This document shows positions 25,585 through 35,724 of a DNA stretch of 38,750 bases, piece by piece. The notes under the pieces are model-generated. The model was not told the origin of the DNA and searched no databases. It saw nothing but the letters and a program-made list of their open reading frames with translations. The stretch is from Syntrophaceae bacterium CG2_30_49_12 (lineage in GTDB: Bacteria > Desulfobacterota > Syntrophia > Syntrophales > CG2-30-49-12), in assembly GCA_001873675.1 (NCBI GenBank), contig MNZP01000007.1, positions 1 to 38,750 of the forward strand, read 5' to 3'. Both the position numbers and the translations under genes were made by a program. Position 1 is the first letter of the stretch. Each line of letters starts with the position of its first letter.

Positions 25585-26778
25585 ATGTTTACAGAGTTCT
25601 TCTATACCTTAAGGGAAGCAGGAATCCCGGTATCTCCCACATCCTTTCTGAGGCTTCAGAAAGCCCTGAGTATGGGGATTATCGTCTCCATTGATGATTT
25701 TTACAGCGCTGCCCGCTCAATACTGGTTAAGAGCGAAAGATACTTTGATCTCTATGATCAGGTTTTCGCCCATCAATTTGAGGGCGAGGAGCTGAAAGAC
25801 CCAACCGAATTTGAGCTTTCTGAAATTGCCAGGGCAATGCTCGATCAATGGCTCAAGAATCCTCTTGAGCTTGCCGAAGCTCTCGGGGTTGATGAAAAAG
25901 AGCTGTCCAGGATGACTCCGGAGGAATTGATCAAGTACTTCCTCGATCGCTTGAAGGAGCAGACCGAGGCCCATCATGGCGGCAGCAGGTGGATAGGCAC
26001 AGGAGGCACTTCGCCTGTCGGGCATTCCGGATACCACCCCGGAGGGATGAGGGTTGGAGGAGTCTCGCACAATAAATCCGCCGTTAAGGTGGCAATGGAT
26101 CGAAGATACCGTGACTATTCCCAGGACGGCCCCCTTACACAGTCGCAGATGGGCGAAGCATTAAAAAGGCTCAGGAACATGGTTCCGGTTGGCCCCAAAG
26201 ACCGGGTTAATGTTGACAAAACCATCTATCAGACGATGAAAAACGCCGGAGAAATCGAAGTCGTTTTTGATCGGCGTCTTAAAGACCGCCTGAAGGTGAT
26301 TCTGGCAATTGATAACGGCGGATGGTCCATGGAACCTTATATCGAGATAGTTCAGACGCTCTTTAACTATGCCAGGGCCCAGTTCAAAGACCTTAAAATT
26401 TTTTTCTTTCATAACACTATCTACGACAAACTCTGGGAAGATCCGCCAAGATGCAGCAAGCCCTTTCCCGTTGATGAACTTGCGCGACTTGACCCTGATG
26501 CAAGGCTTGTTGTAGTAGGGGATGCGAGCATGGCCCCCTATGAGCTTACGAAAACCGGCGGTTCCATTCATTTTGAAGAGATATCAAGAAGGCCAAGCAT
26601 CGAGAGACTCCGCTTTATCAGCAAGACTTTTCGCCATTCCGTCTGGCTTAACCCAAAGCTCGAAATAGAATGGCCCTATACCGGCACCATTCCCATCATT
26701 CGTGAAATATTTCCCATGTTTGAGCTGACTCTGGATGGGCTTGAGAAAGCGGTGAAACGGATGATGAGCAAGAACTGA
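25585..26778 (+). CDS. VWA-domain protein, CoxE-like partner of MoxR
   Basis: 397 aa beginning 4 nt after the MoxR stop. The CoxE-like N-terminus is FF..LR..G.PVS, and there is a C-terminal VWA-like segment (ILAIDNGGSM-like). Confidence 0.7.
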   Translation: MFTEFFYTLREAGIPVSPTSFLRLQKALSMGIIVSIDDFYSAARSILVKSERYFDLYDQVFAHQFEGEELKDPTEFELSEIARAMLDQWLKNPLELAEALGVDEKELSRMTPEELIKYFLDRLKEQTEAHHGGSRWIGTGGTSPVGHSGYHPGGMRVGGVSHNKSAVKVAMDRRYRDYSQDGPLTQSQMGEALKRLRNMVPVGPKDRVNVDKTIYQTMKNAGEIEVVFDRRLKDRLKVILAIDNGGWSMEPYIEIVQTLFNYARAQFKDLKIFFFHNTIYDKLWEDPPRCSKPFPVDELARLDPDARLVVVGDASMAPYELTKTGGSIHFEEISRRPSIERLRFISKTFRHSVWLNPKLEIEWPYTGTIPIIREIFPMFELTLDGLEKAVKRMMSKN

Positions 26779-26806
26779 TACTTAATTCTGAGGATTTGGG
26801 TTCATC

Positions 26807-28609
26807 ATGAGAAATATCCTCGAAAGCAAAATCAGGAATATCCCCCGGGCGCCAGGTGTCTATATCATGAGGGACAAAGAGGGGGAAGTTATCTATGTCG
26901 GTAAAGCAAGGGATTTGAAAAGCCGTGTACATGCATACTTTGGGGGAACAGATTCGAGATTCATGATACCTTTTCTTGTCTCCAGGATTCATGATGTGGA
27001 GTTTATCACTACGGAGACGGAAAAGGAGGCCCTGATCCTCGAGAACAATCTCATCAAAGAACACCGGCCCAGATACAATATCAATTTTAGAGATGATAAG
27101 GCTTATTTCAATATCAGGATCAATCTGAATGATCCCTTCCCCCGTTTTCAACTTGTCAGGCGGCCACAAAAAGACGGGGCCAGATATTTCGGCCCCTATC
27201 CTTCCAGCGCCTCGGCAAAAGAAACGCTCCATTTTCTCCAGCAGATATTTCCCATCCGTACCTGCCGGGACCGGGAATTGAAGAGTCGAAAGAGAGCCTG
27301 CCTGGAGTATCAGATGAAAAGGTGTCTTGCCCCCTGCCTCGGTCTCGCCGGCATTATGAGCGAGGCGTACCGGCAACTGGCAAAAGATGGAGCGGCCTTT
27401 CTTGAAGGTCGGGAAAATAAATTGATCGCCGACCTCCATTTTAGGATGAATGCCGCTGCGGAGCGCTTAAACTTTGAGGAAGCCGCCATCCTGAGAGACA
27501 GGATAGCGGCCATCAAGAGGACCCTTGAAAAGCAGCGGATTGTCTCCATGTCATTTAAAGATCAGGATGTCTTCGGTCTCTACCGGGAAGGGAACCTGAC
27601 CCAGATATGCGTCCTTTACATCCGAAAGGGTAAGCTTATCGGGAAAAAGGCATTCCCCCTTTTTAAGATAAGGGCCGGCATTGAGACCTCAGAGATACTC
27701 TCATCGCTTCTAAAACAGTACTATGATGGAGAGGCTTTTATCCCCGGGGAGATTATTGTTCCTGATGATATGGAAGACAGGGCAGTTATAGAGGAATGGC
27801 TTGCGGAAAAAAGGGGGAAAACAGCATCAGTTGTAACGCCTAAAAGAGGGCAGGGGATGGACATTCTCCGTATCGCCCGGCGCAATGCCGAAAATATATT
27901 CAAGACGGAATACTTGTCCACCGATAAATCGGAGGAGACAATCAGGACACTTGCCGAAATTCTTCATCTGAGGAAACCGCCGGAGCGGATAGAATGCTTT
28001 GATATCTCTGATATTGGCGGTCAGTATGCCGTTGGTTCCATGGTGACCTTTGCAGCGGGTAGTCCCTGGAAGGGGGGATACAAACGCTTCAAGATCAAAA
28101 CAGTTACCGGCGCCGATGATTACGGCATGATGTATGAAGTCTTGAGACGGCGGTACAGGAACAGAGAAAATCTTCCTGATCTGATAATGGTTGATGGGGG
28201 GAAAGGTCATCTCGGGGTAGCGGTTTCTGTGTTGCGGGATTTGGGTATAGAGGGGATTGATATAATCAGCCTGGCCAAGGGGGAAAAGGGAGACAGAGTT
28301 TATCTCCCCGGCAGAAAAGACCCCCTTTACCTTTCAAGGTGGCCTGCCTGCCTCTTTTTACTCCAGAGGGTAAGGGATGAGGCCCATCGCTTTGCTATCT
28401 CCTACCACCGTAATTTGAAAGAAAAAGGTGATTTTCAATCTGTCCTTGATGAGATTCCCGGTATCGGCGGGGATAGAAAAAAGGTGTTACTCACCTTTTT
28501 TGGTGACATAAAAAAGATCAAAGAGGCCTCGGTAGAGGCGCTGCAACAGGTTGACGGAATCGGTAAGCACACAGCGGAAAAGATACATACCTTTCTACGG
28601 GGTTATTGA
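26807..28609 (+). CDS. uvrC: Excinuclease ABC subunit C
   Basis: It has an N-terminal GIY-YIG domain (PGVYIMRD..GEVIYVGKA..LK.RV), a UVR domain (FEEAA.LRD) and a C-terminal HhH. Confidence 0.95.
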   Translation: MRNILESKIRNIPRAPGVYIMRDKEGEVIYVGKARDLKSRVHAYFGGTDSRFMIPFLVSRIHDVEFITTETEKEALILENNLIKEHRPRYNINFRDDKAYFNIRINLNDPFPRFQLVRRPQKDGARYFGPYPSSASAKETLHFLQQIFPIRTCRDRELKSRKRACLEYQMKRCLAPCLGLAGIMSEAYRQLAKDGAAFLEGRENKLIADLHFRMNAAAERLNFEEAAILRDRIAAIKRTLEKQRIVSMSFKDQDVFGLYREGNLTQICVLYIRKGKLIGKKAFPLFKIRAGIETSEILSSLLKQYYDGEAFIPGEIIVPDDMEDRAVIEEWLAEKRGKTASVVTPKRGQGMDILRIARRNAENIFKTEYLSTDKSEETIRTLAEILHLRKPPERIECFDISDIGGQYAVGSMVTFAAGSPWKGGYKRFKIKTVTGADDYGMMYEVLRRRYRNRENLPDLIMVDGGKGHLGVAVSVLRDLGIEGIDIISLAKGEKGDRVYLPGRKDPLYLSRWPACLFLLQRVRDEAHRFAISYHRNLKEKGDFQSVLDEIPGIGGDRKKVLLTFFGDIKKIKEASVEALQQVDGIGKHTAEKIHTFLRGY

Positions 28610-28631
28610 GAGCGGATGAAAAGGAGTCTCT

Positions 28632-29573
28632 ATGAAAAACAGGGTTACTGAGATATTGGGCTCAAAATACCCGATTATCTTGGGGGCAATGCGGTTTATT
28701 ACACTTGGGAAAATGGCGGCTGCTGTTTCAAACAGTGGAGGCTTCGGCATAATAGCTGCCTCAGGAATGGAAGCAGAGCCTTTGAGAAAAGAGATCAGAA
28801 AAGCCCGTGAATTGACGGATAAAGCCATCGGTATAAACATCCCTGTCTACAGGCCCAATGCATTTGAGGCCCTGGAGATAGCGATTGAAGAAGGGATAAA
28901 GACGATCACCACCTCGGCTGGTGATGCCGGTAAACTCATAAAGAGGATTAAAGAGGCAGGGATTAAGGTGTTGCACCTGGCCCCTACAGTAGAGTTGGCA
29001 AAAAAGGCGGAGGATGCGGGGGTAGATGCTGTTATTGCCGTGGGAACAGAGGCGGGGGGACACGTGGGACGTGATGACGTGAGCACCTTGACGCTCATCC
29101 CCCAGGCAGTAGATGCGGTCAGGATACCGGTGGTTGCAGCAGGAGGCATAGGTGATGCGCGTGGTTGGATAGCGGTACATGCGCTTGGCGCCGAGGGCAT
29201 CCAGATGGGCACCCGTTTTCTTGCCACAGAAGAGTGTCCTGTTTCTAAAGTATATAAACAGGCGATTATAGATGCCAGAGACAACAGCACAATGATTGCG
29301 GCCAGAAAGGGGTTTCCTCTCAGGGCATTGAGAAATAATGCGGTTATGGCTATTCGTGAAATGGAGGAAACGGGGGCCGGTTTAAAGGAGATTAATGCCT
29401 TTGCGGATAGGTTGTTCCATACCGGCGGAGATGACCCCGACAACAAGATTATGGTAGCAGGACAGGTAGCGGGATTGATAAGGGAAGTTATCAGCATTGA
29501 AGAACTTACGCGAGAGATGGTCGAAGGGGCAAAAAGGCTGTCTTCTGAGCTGGCTGGAACATTTGAGTCATAA
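28632..29573 (+). CDS. NAD(P)H-dependent flavin oxidoreductase (nitronate monooxygenase / FabK-like)
   Basis: It has ILG.KYPII.G.M...T....AAAVSNSGG.GII, GTEAGGH and AAGGI.D. Confidence 0.8.
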   Translation: MKNRVTEILGSKYPIILGAMRFITLGKMAAAVSNSGGFGIIAASGMEAEPLRKEIRKARELTDKAIGINIPVYRPNAFEALEIAIEEGIKTITTSAGDAGKLIKRIKEAGIKVLHLAPTVELAKKAEDAGVDAVIAVGTEAGGHVGRDDVSTLTLIPQAVDAVRIPVVAAGGIGDARGWIAVHALGAEGIQMGTRFLATEECPVSKVYKQAIIDARDNSTMIAARKGFPLRALRNNAVMAIREMEETGAGLKEINAFADRLFHTGGDDPDNKIMVAGQVAGLIREVISIEELTREMVEGAKRLSSELAGTFES

Positions 29574-29606
29574 ACATCATGGAGAGCATAGCATAAGGAG
29601 GAAGAG

Positions 29607-30401
29607 ATGATGGAATGGGAATTCGTATTATTTGAAAAAGAGGATGGCATTGGCACGATCACGTTAAATCGCCCGGAAAAATACAACGCCTTAGGCGGCA
29701 ATATGCGGCAGGAGATATTGGCAGCCCTTGAACTTGCCTCCTCTGATGGCGATGTGCGTGTGATAGTGATTACAGGGGCGGGAAAGGCTTTCTGCGCTGG
29801 AGGAGATGTGGATGAATTTGTCTCCGGCAGTACAAAAGCCCTTTCAAATACCGCTACCAGCGAACGGCCTGTCATGAACAAGATCGTTCTTTTGATCAAC
29901 TCCGTCGAAAAACCGGTTATTGCCGCTGTAAATGGGGTGGCGGCGGGCGGTGGGTGCAACCTTGCGCTCTCCTGTGATATCCGGATCGCAAGTGACCGCG
30001 CTCGATTTTCCGAGGTCTTTGTCAAACGAGGGGTACATCCTGATTGGGGAGGCATATGGTTTTTGCCCAGGCTGGTTGGCTATGCCAAGGCAGCGGAACT
30101 GATTTTCACTGGAGACCTGATAGATGCTGAAGAAGCACTGCGGATTGGTATTGTCAATAAGGTGGTGCCCCACGATAATCTTAGAGAGGTCACAAAAGAA
30201 CTGGCCCGGAAAATGGCCAGGAACGCCCCGATACCGATAGCCCTGGCAAAGAGAGGGCTTCAGAATTTTTATAAGATGGACCTGGCTCAGGCAGTGGATT
30301 ACGAAGTGATGACCCTTGGTGTGTGCTGGAATAGTGAAGATAGGGTTGAGGGTATGAAGTCGTTTATTGAAAAAAGGGAACCGGCGTTTAAAGGAAGATA
30401 G
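29607..30401 (+). CDS. Enoyl-CoA hydratase/isomerase
   Basis: It has ITLNRPEKYNAL, ITGAGKAFCAGGD and AAVNGVAAGGG. AGGAGG lies upstream. Confidence 0.9.
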   Translation: MMEWEFVLFEKEDGIGTITLNRPEKYNALGGNMRQEILAALELASSDGDVRVIVITGAGKAFCAGGDVDEFVSGSTKALSNTATSERPVMNKIVLLINSVEKPVIAAVNGVAAGGGCNLALSCDIRIASDRARFSEVFVKRGVHPDWGGIWFLPRLVGYAKAAELIFTGDLIDAEEALRIGIVNKVVPHDNLREVTKELARKMARNAPIPIALAKRGLQNFYKMDLAQAVDYEVMTLGVCWNSEDRVEGMKSFIEKREPAFKGR

Positions 30402-30491
30402 CCTGCGACCCCCTCCCTTATCGCCTCGGCGTCCGGAAGATGTAGATGTGGTGGGGATAAGTTTTTCCGTGGGAGGTAATGGAGTAATAAG

Positions 30492-32072
30492 ATGACACAA
30501 CCCAAACTGGTCGAGACGATGAGTAAACCAGAGTTCTACCCCCACATGCCGGAGAGGGTTGAATTAATCCAGACCCATGCCTCATACATATTTATCGCGG
30601 GGGATTATGTATACAAGGTCAAAAAGGCCGTTGATTTTGGTTTTCTTGATTTTACCGATCTCGATAAGAGGGGGTATTTCTGTCATGAAGAACTGAGGCT
30701 CAACCAGAGGCTGGCCCCGGATACGTATCTTGAGGTTGTCGAAATAGGTGAGGATGCTGGTGGCAACATCGTTCTGGGGAAGGGGGAGCGTATTGTTGAA
30801 TATGCCGTCAAGATGAGAAAACTCCCGCAGGAGAGGATGTTGAAAAAACTACTTGCCGCGGGGGAGGTGGATGTTTCCATCATGGAGGCCATCGCCAGGA
30901 AACTGGCAGACTTCCACAGGAGGGCAGCGACGGGGGACAGGATCAATCTAACAGGAGGGCCAGAGACGATCCGCCGCAACCACGAGGAAAATTTTGCCCA
31001 GACAAAACCCTATCTCGAGATAACCATCCCTGAATATAAGTACAGGTTTATCGAATTCTACGTCTACGACTTTATGGGCAAGAAGGAGTCCCTTTTCAGA
31101 AAAAGGGTGGCAAACCATAGAATCAGGGATTGTCATGGAGACCTGCACATTGAACATATCTGCATCACCGACGGCATTATCATCTTTGACTGTATCGAGT
31201 TTAACGAACGGTTCAGATTTGAGGATGTAGCTGCCGAAGTGGCCTTTCTCGCGATGGATTTAGACTACAACGGCTATCCGGAGCACGCCGATGCCTTTGT
31301 GAGAACCTATGTCGGATATTCTGCTGACACAGATATCCTTACCCTTCTCAATTTTTACAAGTGCTACTACGCCTATGTGCGGGGTAAGGTTACGAGCTTC
31401 CTGATAGATGAAAAGAGCATACAAGAGGAAAAACGTCGGGAAGCGGTGGAGGCCGCCTCCCGCTATTTTGATCTGGCTTACGCATATTCCTCCCGCCTGG
31501 AAAAGCCGACCCTGATCCTGATGGCAGGACTGATGGGAACGGGAAAAAGCGTCCTGGCCAGGAATATCGCCCCCTACCTTGGCGCCGAGGTCATTCGCAC
31601 CGATGTTCTGCGTAAGGAAATTTTCCACCTCATGCCTACGGAACGCCACTACGAAGATTTCGGCAAGGGTATATATTCTGATGATATCTCCCGGAGAACT
31701 TATGAAGAGGCACTTGCCATGGCATGTGAAAAGCTTCAGGAGGGCAGATCAGTCATTATTGATGCTTCCTACAAAAGAAGGGAGGAACGAATGAAGGCAG
31801 TTAGAGCCGCACAGAGGGCACTGGCCGACTTCTTTGTCATTGAGTGTATCTGCCCGGAAGAGGTTATTGCCGAGCGTCTCCATTTGCGGACGTCTGATCC
31901 GGAGGAGGTGTCGGACGGCCGGTGGGAGCTTTTCCAGCTCCAAAAGGGTGATTTTGAGGAGATTACAGAGACTCCGGAAAGGAATCACCTCGTAATAGAT
32001 ACCTCTCTGAAACCGGAAGAATGCGCACAAAGGACTATCTGGCGGATAAAGAGGTACGGTGTAGGGGTTTAA
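30492..32072 (+). CDS. Two-domain protein: aminoglycoside-phosphotransferase-like kinase fold plus a P-loop AAA_33-type kinase
   Basis: The N-terminal APH-like part carries HGDLH..H and D. The C-terminal part carries the P-loop GLMGTGKS. Confidence 0.7.
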   Translation: MTQPKLVETMSKPEFYPHMPERVELIQTHASYIFIAGDYVYKVKKAVDFGFLDFTDLDKRGYFCHEELRLNQRLAPDTYLEVVEIGEDAGGNIVLGKGERIVEYAVKMRKLPQERMLKKLLAAGEVDVSIMEAIARKLADFHRRAATGDRINLTGGPETIRRNHEENFAQTKPYLEITIPEYKYRFIEFYVYDFMGKKESLFRKRVANHRIRDCHGDLHIEHICITDGIIIFDCIEFNERFRFEDVAAEVAFLAMDLDYNGYPEHADAFVRTYVGYSADTDILTLLNFYKCYYAYVRGKVTSFLIDEKSIQEEKRREAVEAASRYFDLAYAYSSRLEKPTLILMAGLMGTGKSVLARNIAPYLGAEVIRTDVLRKEIFHLMPTERHYEDFGKGIYSDDISRRTYEEALAMACEKLQEGRSVIIDASYKRREERMKAVRAAQRALADFFVIECICPEEVIAERLHLRTSDPEEVSDGRWELFQLQKGDFEEITETPERNHLVIDTSLKPEECAQRTIWRIKRYGVGV

Positions 32073-32126
32073 AAAGCGTTAATCTCAGACTTCATAGGAA
32101 GCCTCCCAATCAGACCGCCTGATTCC

Positions 32127-32990
32127 TCATGCATATCCTTCCATGATCTCTTTCAGCATCATCCGGTCCACATCCCGCCCCACCAGCGGACCCTGGTTCA
32201 AAACGGGGAAGTGTTCTTCAAACGGTGGCCTGTCATTCCGGTATATGACGCCGAGGGGGATTTGCTCCCCCCACTGATCGGCCGCCTTAATTGCTGCTCC
32301 CCAGTCTGCCGGGTTGTAATCCGAGGGTAACTGATAACACCGCTTCTTGTACCAGGCAAAGGTATTAACCTTATTGAAAGAAATACAGGGCTGTAGCACA
32401 TCAATAAGAGAAAAGCCGCGATGCGCTATCGCCTGCTGAATTAAATCCGAAAGGTGATCAGGCAGTCCGGTAAAAGCCCGTGCGACAAAGCCGGCGTGCA
32501 TAGCAACGGCTACAGCAACGGGGTTAAACGGGGTCGAGGCTACACCGCCAGGTTGAGCCTTGGTAACAAATCCTTCCTCCGAAGTGGGGCTGGACTGTCC
32601 CTTGGTCAGGCCATACACCTGGTTATTGTGAACCAGCAGCGTCAGGTCAATATTGCGACGTATGGCTGCCAGAAAATGGTTTCCCCCTTCTCCATAATTG
32701 CACCCATCTCCACTCTCAACGATGACAGTGAGTCGGGGGTTGGCGAGTTTAGCGCCCGTTGCCACAGGCAGAGATCGGCCATGCAGACCATTGAAGACAT
32801 TAGCATTCAGGTAGTGAGGCGCTTTGGCTGCCTGTCCGATACCGGAGACAAAGAGCGCCTGATGAGGCTCTAACTGGCTGGCTGTTAGGGCCTCTTTCAC
32901 TGCCTTCAAAATGGAGAAGTTTCCACAACCTGGACACCATGCTGTCTCATACGTTCCATAATCGGCGATTGTTACCATTGTTATCCTCAC
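32127..32990 (-). CDS. korB: 2-oxoacid:ferredoxin oxidoreductase beta (TPP-binding) subunit
   Basis: It has WCPGCG, GIGQA and GDG...GEGGNH motifs, and lies downstream of the alpha subunit gene. Confidence 0.85.
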   Translation of the reverse strand: MRITMVTIADYGTYETAWCPGCGNFSILKAVKEALTASQLEPHQALFVSGIGQAAKAPHYLNANVFNGLHGRSLPVATGAKLANPRLTVIVESGDGCNYGEGGNHFLAAIRRNIDLTLLVHNNQVYGLTKGQSSPTSEEGFVTKAQPGGVASTPFNPVAVAVAMHAGFVARAFTGLPDHLSDLIQQAIAHRGFSLIDVLQPCISFNKVNTFAWYKKRCYQLPSDYNPADWGAAIKAADQWGEQIPLGVIYRNDRPPFEEHFPVLNQGPLVGRDVDRMMLKEIMEGYA

Positions 32991-33002
32991 TATGGGTTAA
33001 AT

Positions 33003-34685
33003 CTATTTCGTAAGTTCCCGAAGGATGTATTCTGGCGTAATGGGTAGGCCATCGTACCTTAGAATTTGCTTCTCAATCAGAAAGCCACTCTCTCGTCTGA
33101 TCAATCCCGCCAGTTGCCCGGTAGCATTTCCTTCTAAAGAAACCACCTCCCGGGCACCCTGCAGATAATCCATAAACTGTTCAGACACCAGGGGCCAAAT
33201 CTGCGAAAAGTGGAGAGTAGACACATTTTTCCCAGTATGCCTCATCTGAGAGGCTGCTTTTAAAACTGCACCCTTCGTTGATCCCCATGATACCATAAGG
33301 AGGTCTGGTCTTTTATCCCCTTCCATCTGCGGGGGGATCGCCTCCGCCCTTATTCCTTTTCCCTTTTTGAGACGCTTTTCCACCATCCGTTGGCGCACCG
33401 TCAGGTCCTCGGTAAGATGGCCGTCCTCGGTATGCTCATCGCTATCGGCAACAACAAGCTGCATAGATATCCCCGGCAGCAACCGCGGAGATATGCCGTT
33501 ATCCGTCAGGGCATAGCGTTGATAGGGGGAAGATGACGAGGCCGGATCGGAACCGGGGCTTACAGGGGACAGGTTTTCAACGTCAAAGGGCGCCACGGCT
33601 CGATAGGAGTCGGCGAGAAACTGGTCGGTCAAGATAAAGATCGGTCCCTGGTATCGTTCCGCCAGCTCGAATGCCCTGTATGTCAGGTGGAAGCATTCTT
33701 CCACCGTGCCGGGGGCAAGAATGGCGCGAGGGAATTCTCCATGACCGGCGTAGAGAACAAAATTCAGGTCCGCCTGTTCGGTGCGTGTAGGAAGTCCGGT
33801 GGCCGGCGCCGGGCGTTGGGCTACCACGATAACAACAGGGGTTTCGGTCATCGCCGCCAGGCTCACCCCCTCGACCATTAAGGCGAAGCCGCCTCCGGAA
33901 GTGCTCACCATACTCGGCGCACCGGCAAAAGACGCCCCAAGGGCCATATTGATGGCGGCAATTTCATCCTCCGCCTGTTCCACGATCGAACCCATCCTTT
34001 CGGCCCAGCCTGCCAGGGCGATTCCTATAGAGGTTGACGGGGTCATCGGATAGAAAGAGTAAAATTTCAATCCGGCGGAAAGCGCCCCCAGGGCAATCGC
34101 CTCGTTTCCGTTCATGATCAGGCGTTTCGGGGGATCGGAGACAGGTGGGAGTTTCGAAAAGGATACGGACCGGCCCGTTGTCCAGCGAAAGGCGTTACTC
34201 AGCGCCAAGCGATTTTCCTCAGCGGTCTTCTGGTCCATCTTGCCGAAGAACTTATCCATTGTCCCGGCGATTGATTCTTCGGTAAGACCAATGATGGAAC
34301 CAACAACACCAAGGGCGGCGATATTCAAGAACCCCTGTTTGGCCAATTCCTTGAAAGGCACCCTGAGGGAGACGTCATCGGAGATGCCAAACGCCTCATC
34401 GGCAATAATAATCCCATCAGGGGAGATTTCATGGCGGTGCAACGTCATTGTCTCCTCATTGAGAGCCACAAGAATATCTATCGTTTCCAGTGGGGCAATT
34501 ACCCTATCGGCGCCTGCATGGATAGTGTATGTGTTGTGACCGCCGCGAATCCTGGAGTGGTAGCTCTGGGTCACGACAATTGAATAGCCGCTGCGCACCA
34601 GACTTTTGGCGAGTATCTGTCCTATTGTCACCAGACCCTGGCCTGCCTCTCCCCCGATGAGCAAGTTAACGCTGTTTCTGTTCAT
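33003..34685 (-). CDS. korA: 2-oxoacid:ferredoxin oxidoreductase alpha subunit with a fused N-terminal gamma domain
   Basis: 560 aa. The N-terminus (GGEAGQG..T.G.ILA) is the gamma domain, followed by an alpha domain (FYSFYPMTPST). Confidence 0.85.
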   Translation of the reverse strand: MNRNSVNLLIGGEAGQGLVTIGQILAKSLVRSGYSIVVTQSYHSRIRGGHNTYTIHAGADRVIAPLETIDILVALNEETMTLHRHEISPDGIIIADEAFGISDDVSLRVPFKELAKQGFLNIAALGVVGSIIGLTEESIAGTMDKFFGKMDQKTAEENRLALSNAFRWTTGRSVSFSKLPPVSDPPKRLIMNGNEAIALGALSAGLKFYSFYPMTPSTSIGIALAGWAERMGSIVEQAEDEIAAINMALGASFAGAPSMVSTSGGGFALMVEGVSLAAMTETPVVIVVAQRPAPATGLPTRTEQADLNFVLYAGHGEFPRAILAPGTVEECFHLTYRAFELAERYQGPIFILTDQFLADSYRAVAPFDVENLSPVSPGSDPASSSSPYQRYALTDNGISPRLLPGISMQLVVADSDEHTEDGHLTEDLTVRQRMVEKRLKKGKGIRAEAIPPQMEGDKRPDLLMVSWGSTKGAVLKAASQMRHTGKNVSTLHFSQIWPLVSEQFMDYLQGAREVVSLEGNATGQLAGLIRRESGFLIEKQILRYDGLPITPEYILRELTK

Positions 34686-35098
34686 GGTATTTCATCCCTC
34701 GCTGTTATAGCAAACGACAGAAATAAATTTAAAAGTTATTAAATACCATCAGGCTGACTCGCTCTTTCACAAAATGACATTTGAATATTAGTTACTAACC
34801 CCCATGCCCGGCGCGGGCACAACAAAGCATGAAAATTATCAAGTAGTTGGATTTATTTTCATATAAAGTCGTAAGGTTAGAGATTATTTTGGCAGAATAT
34901 TTTTTGCTGTCTCCGGGATCCCTTTACAGTAAATCGTTTGCGGAGATTTTTTTCAAATCTAACTTTAAGAAAATTCTCCAAAACTTATTTGGTTCCGGCT
35001 TCGCCGGGTTAGGAGTAAGCAAACAAATGCTGTCTTCACCTACAAAGCAACAAGCGTGGTGGATGAAAAATTTTGAGGATTTGCGTTTGAAATGATGG

Positions 35099-35161
35099 AT
35101 CTAACGTAAAGATCAGCCAGAACCGGGTTTCCAGGCGATTGGCTGCATCGACTTGTTGGCT
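35099..35161 (-). mobile_element. attC-like recombination site (63 nt), 6 nt after the HNH gene stop
   Basis: The minus strand reads AGCCAAC-AAGTCGATGCAGCCA-ATCGCCTGGAAACCCGGTTC-TGGCTGATCTTTAC-GTTAGAT. The R' box matches GTTRRRY exactly, and the L''/L' stem has one extrahelical G. Confidence 0.65.
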
Positions 35162-35167
35162 GATTCT

Positions 35168-35722
35168 TCAAGGTTTTGTCTCAAATTTACGCTTCAATAT
35201 TTCGTAGATTTCTCTTTGTTCAGATTTCGAGAGCTTTCTGATTTTCGCTACGATGTTTAGAGCGGTCTCACTGGGTGGCTGTAGGTTTGCTTTGCCTTGA
35301 TTGCAGGCAGAACAGGAGACCCGGAGATTGTCCTTATCATCGGTGCCACCTTGGCTTATGGGAATTATATGATCAATGTGTAGCCTTACCTTACGGTGCG
35401 GATTAAAGGGATCGGTGTCGCCCGGACCGGCGCCGCAAAGCTGGCAGGTGAACCCGTTACGTTCAAGTATCTCGTTTCGTAGTTGAGGGCTGATGGTTCG
35501 TGCAATGACCAGCATTTGGTCAAGGGCCTCTAATATGTATTCGCCGGGTTTCAAGTCTGCTCTGTCTATGTGAGTTTTGATCTGAAACCCTTCCTCATCG
35601 CGTAGCTCTCGTATTCGGCGACCGTACTCGCTGACACCGGCAACCTTGCGGAGTTGCTGGGTCGTCAAAACCTTTCCGACATTGGATAGAAAGTGCTCTC
35701 TCAGCTTGTCTCGTGCACCCAC
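35168..35722 (-). CDS. HNH endonuclease with an N-terminal winged-helix domain (putative restriction enzyme)
   Basis: It has CQLCG...(x)..HIDHIIP...GG.D..DNL...C..CN. The GTG start follows an AAGGAG inside the vsr 3' end. It is the last gene of the dcm-vsr operon. Confidence 0.75.
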   Translation of the reverse strand: MGARDKLREHFLSNVGKVLTTQQLRKVAGVSEYGRRIRELRDEEGFQIKTHIDRADLKPGEYILEALDQMLVIARTISPQLRNEILERNGFTCQLCGAGPGDTDPFNPHRKVRLHIDHIIPISQGGTDDKDNLRVSCSACNQGKANLQPPSETALNIVAKIRKLSKSEQREIYEILKRKFETKP

Positions 35723-35724
35723 AG

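Noticed and set aside
28847-30055. A 402-aa minus-strand ORF. Other long antisense ORFs of the same kind occur at 2574-3272, 13806-14408, 14527-15069, 22321-22905, 26696-27439, 29844-30545 and 37695-38591.
   Set aside because: Each lies antisense to a gene with clear family motifs. They are rich in Pro/Ser/Ala/Arg low-complexity sequence and lack SD sequences. These are typical shadow ORFs of moderately GC-rich coding DNA.
34975-35015. A plus-strand attC-like hairpin, CTCCAAAAC...CCGGC-TTC-GCCGG-GTTAGGAG. It shares the 9-mer GGTTAGGAG with the 24.3-kb site.
   Set aside because: It is too short (about 40 nt) and has 10 unpaired nt on one side. It is also in the opposite orientation to the other sites, and no gene cargo is associated with it.
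34847-35095. An 82-aa plus-strand ORF in the korA upstream region.
   Set aside because: It is AT-rich and low-complexity with no SD. It sits in what must be the korAB promoter region and overlaps hairpin and repeat sequence. It is probably non-coding.
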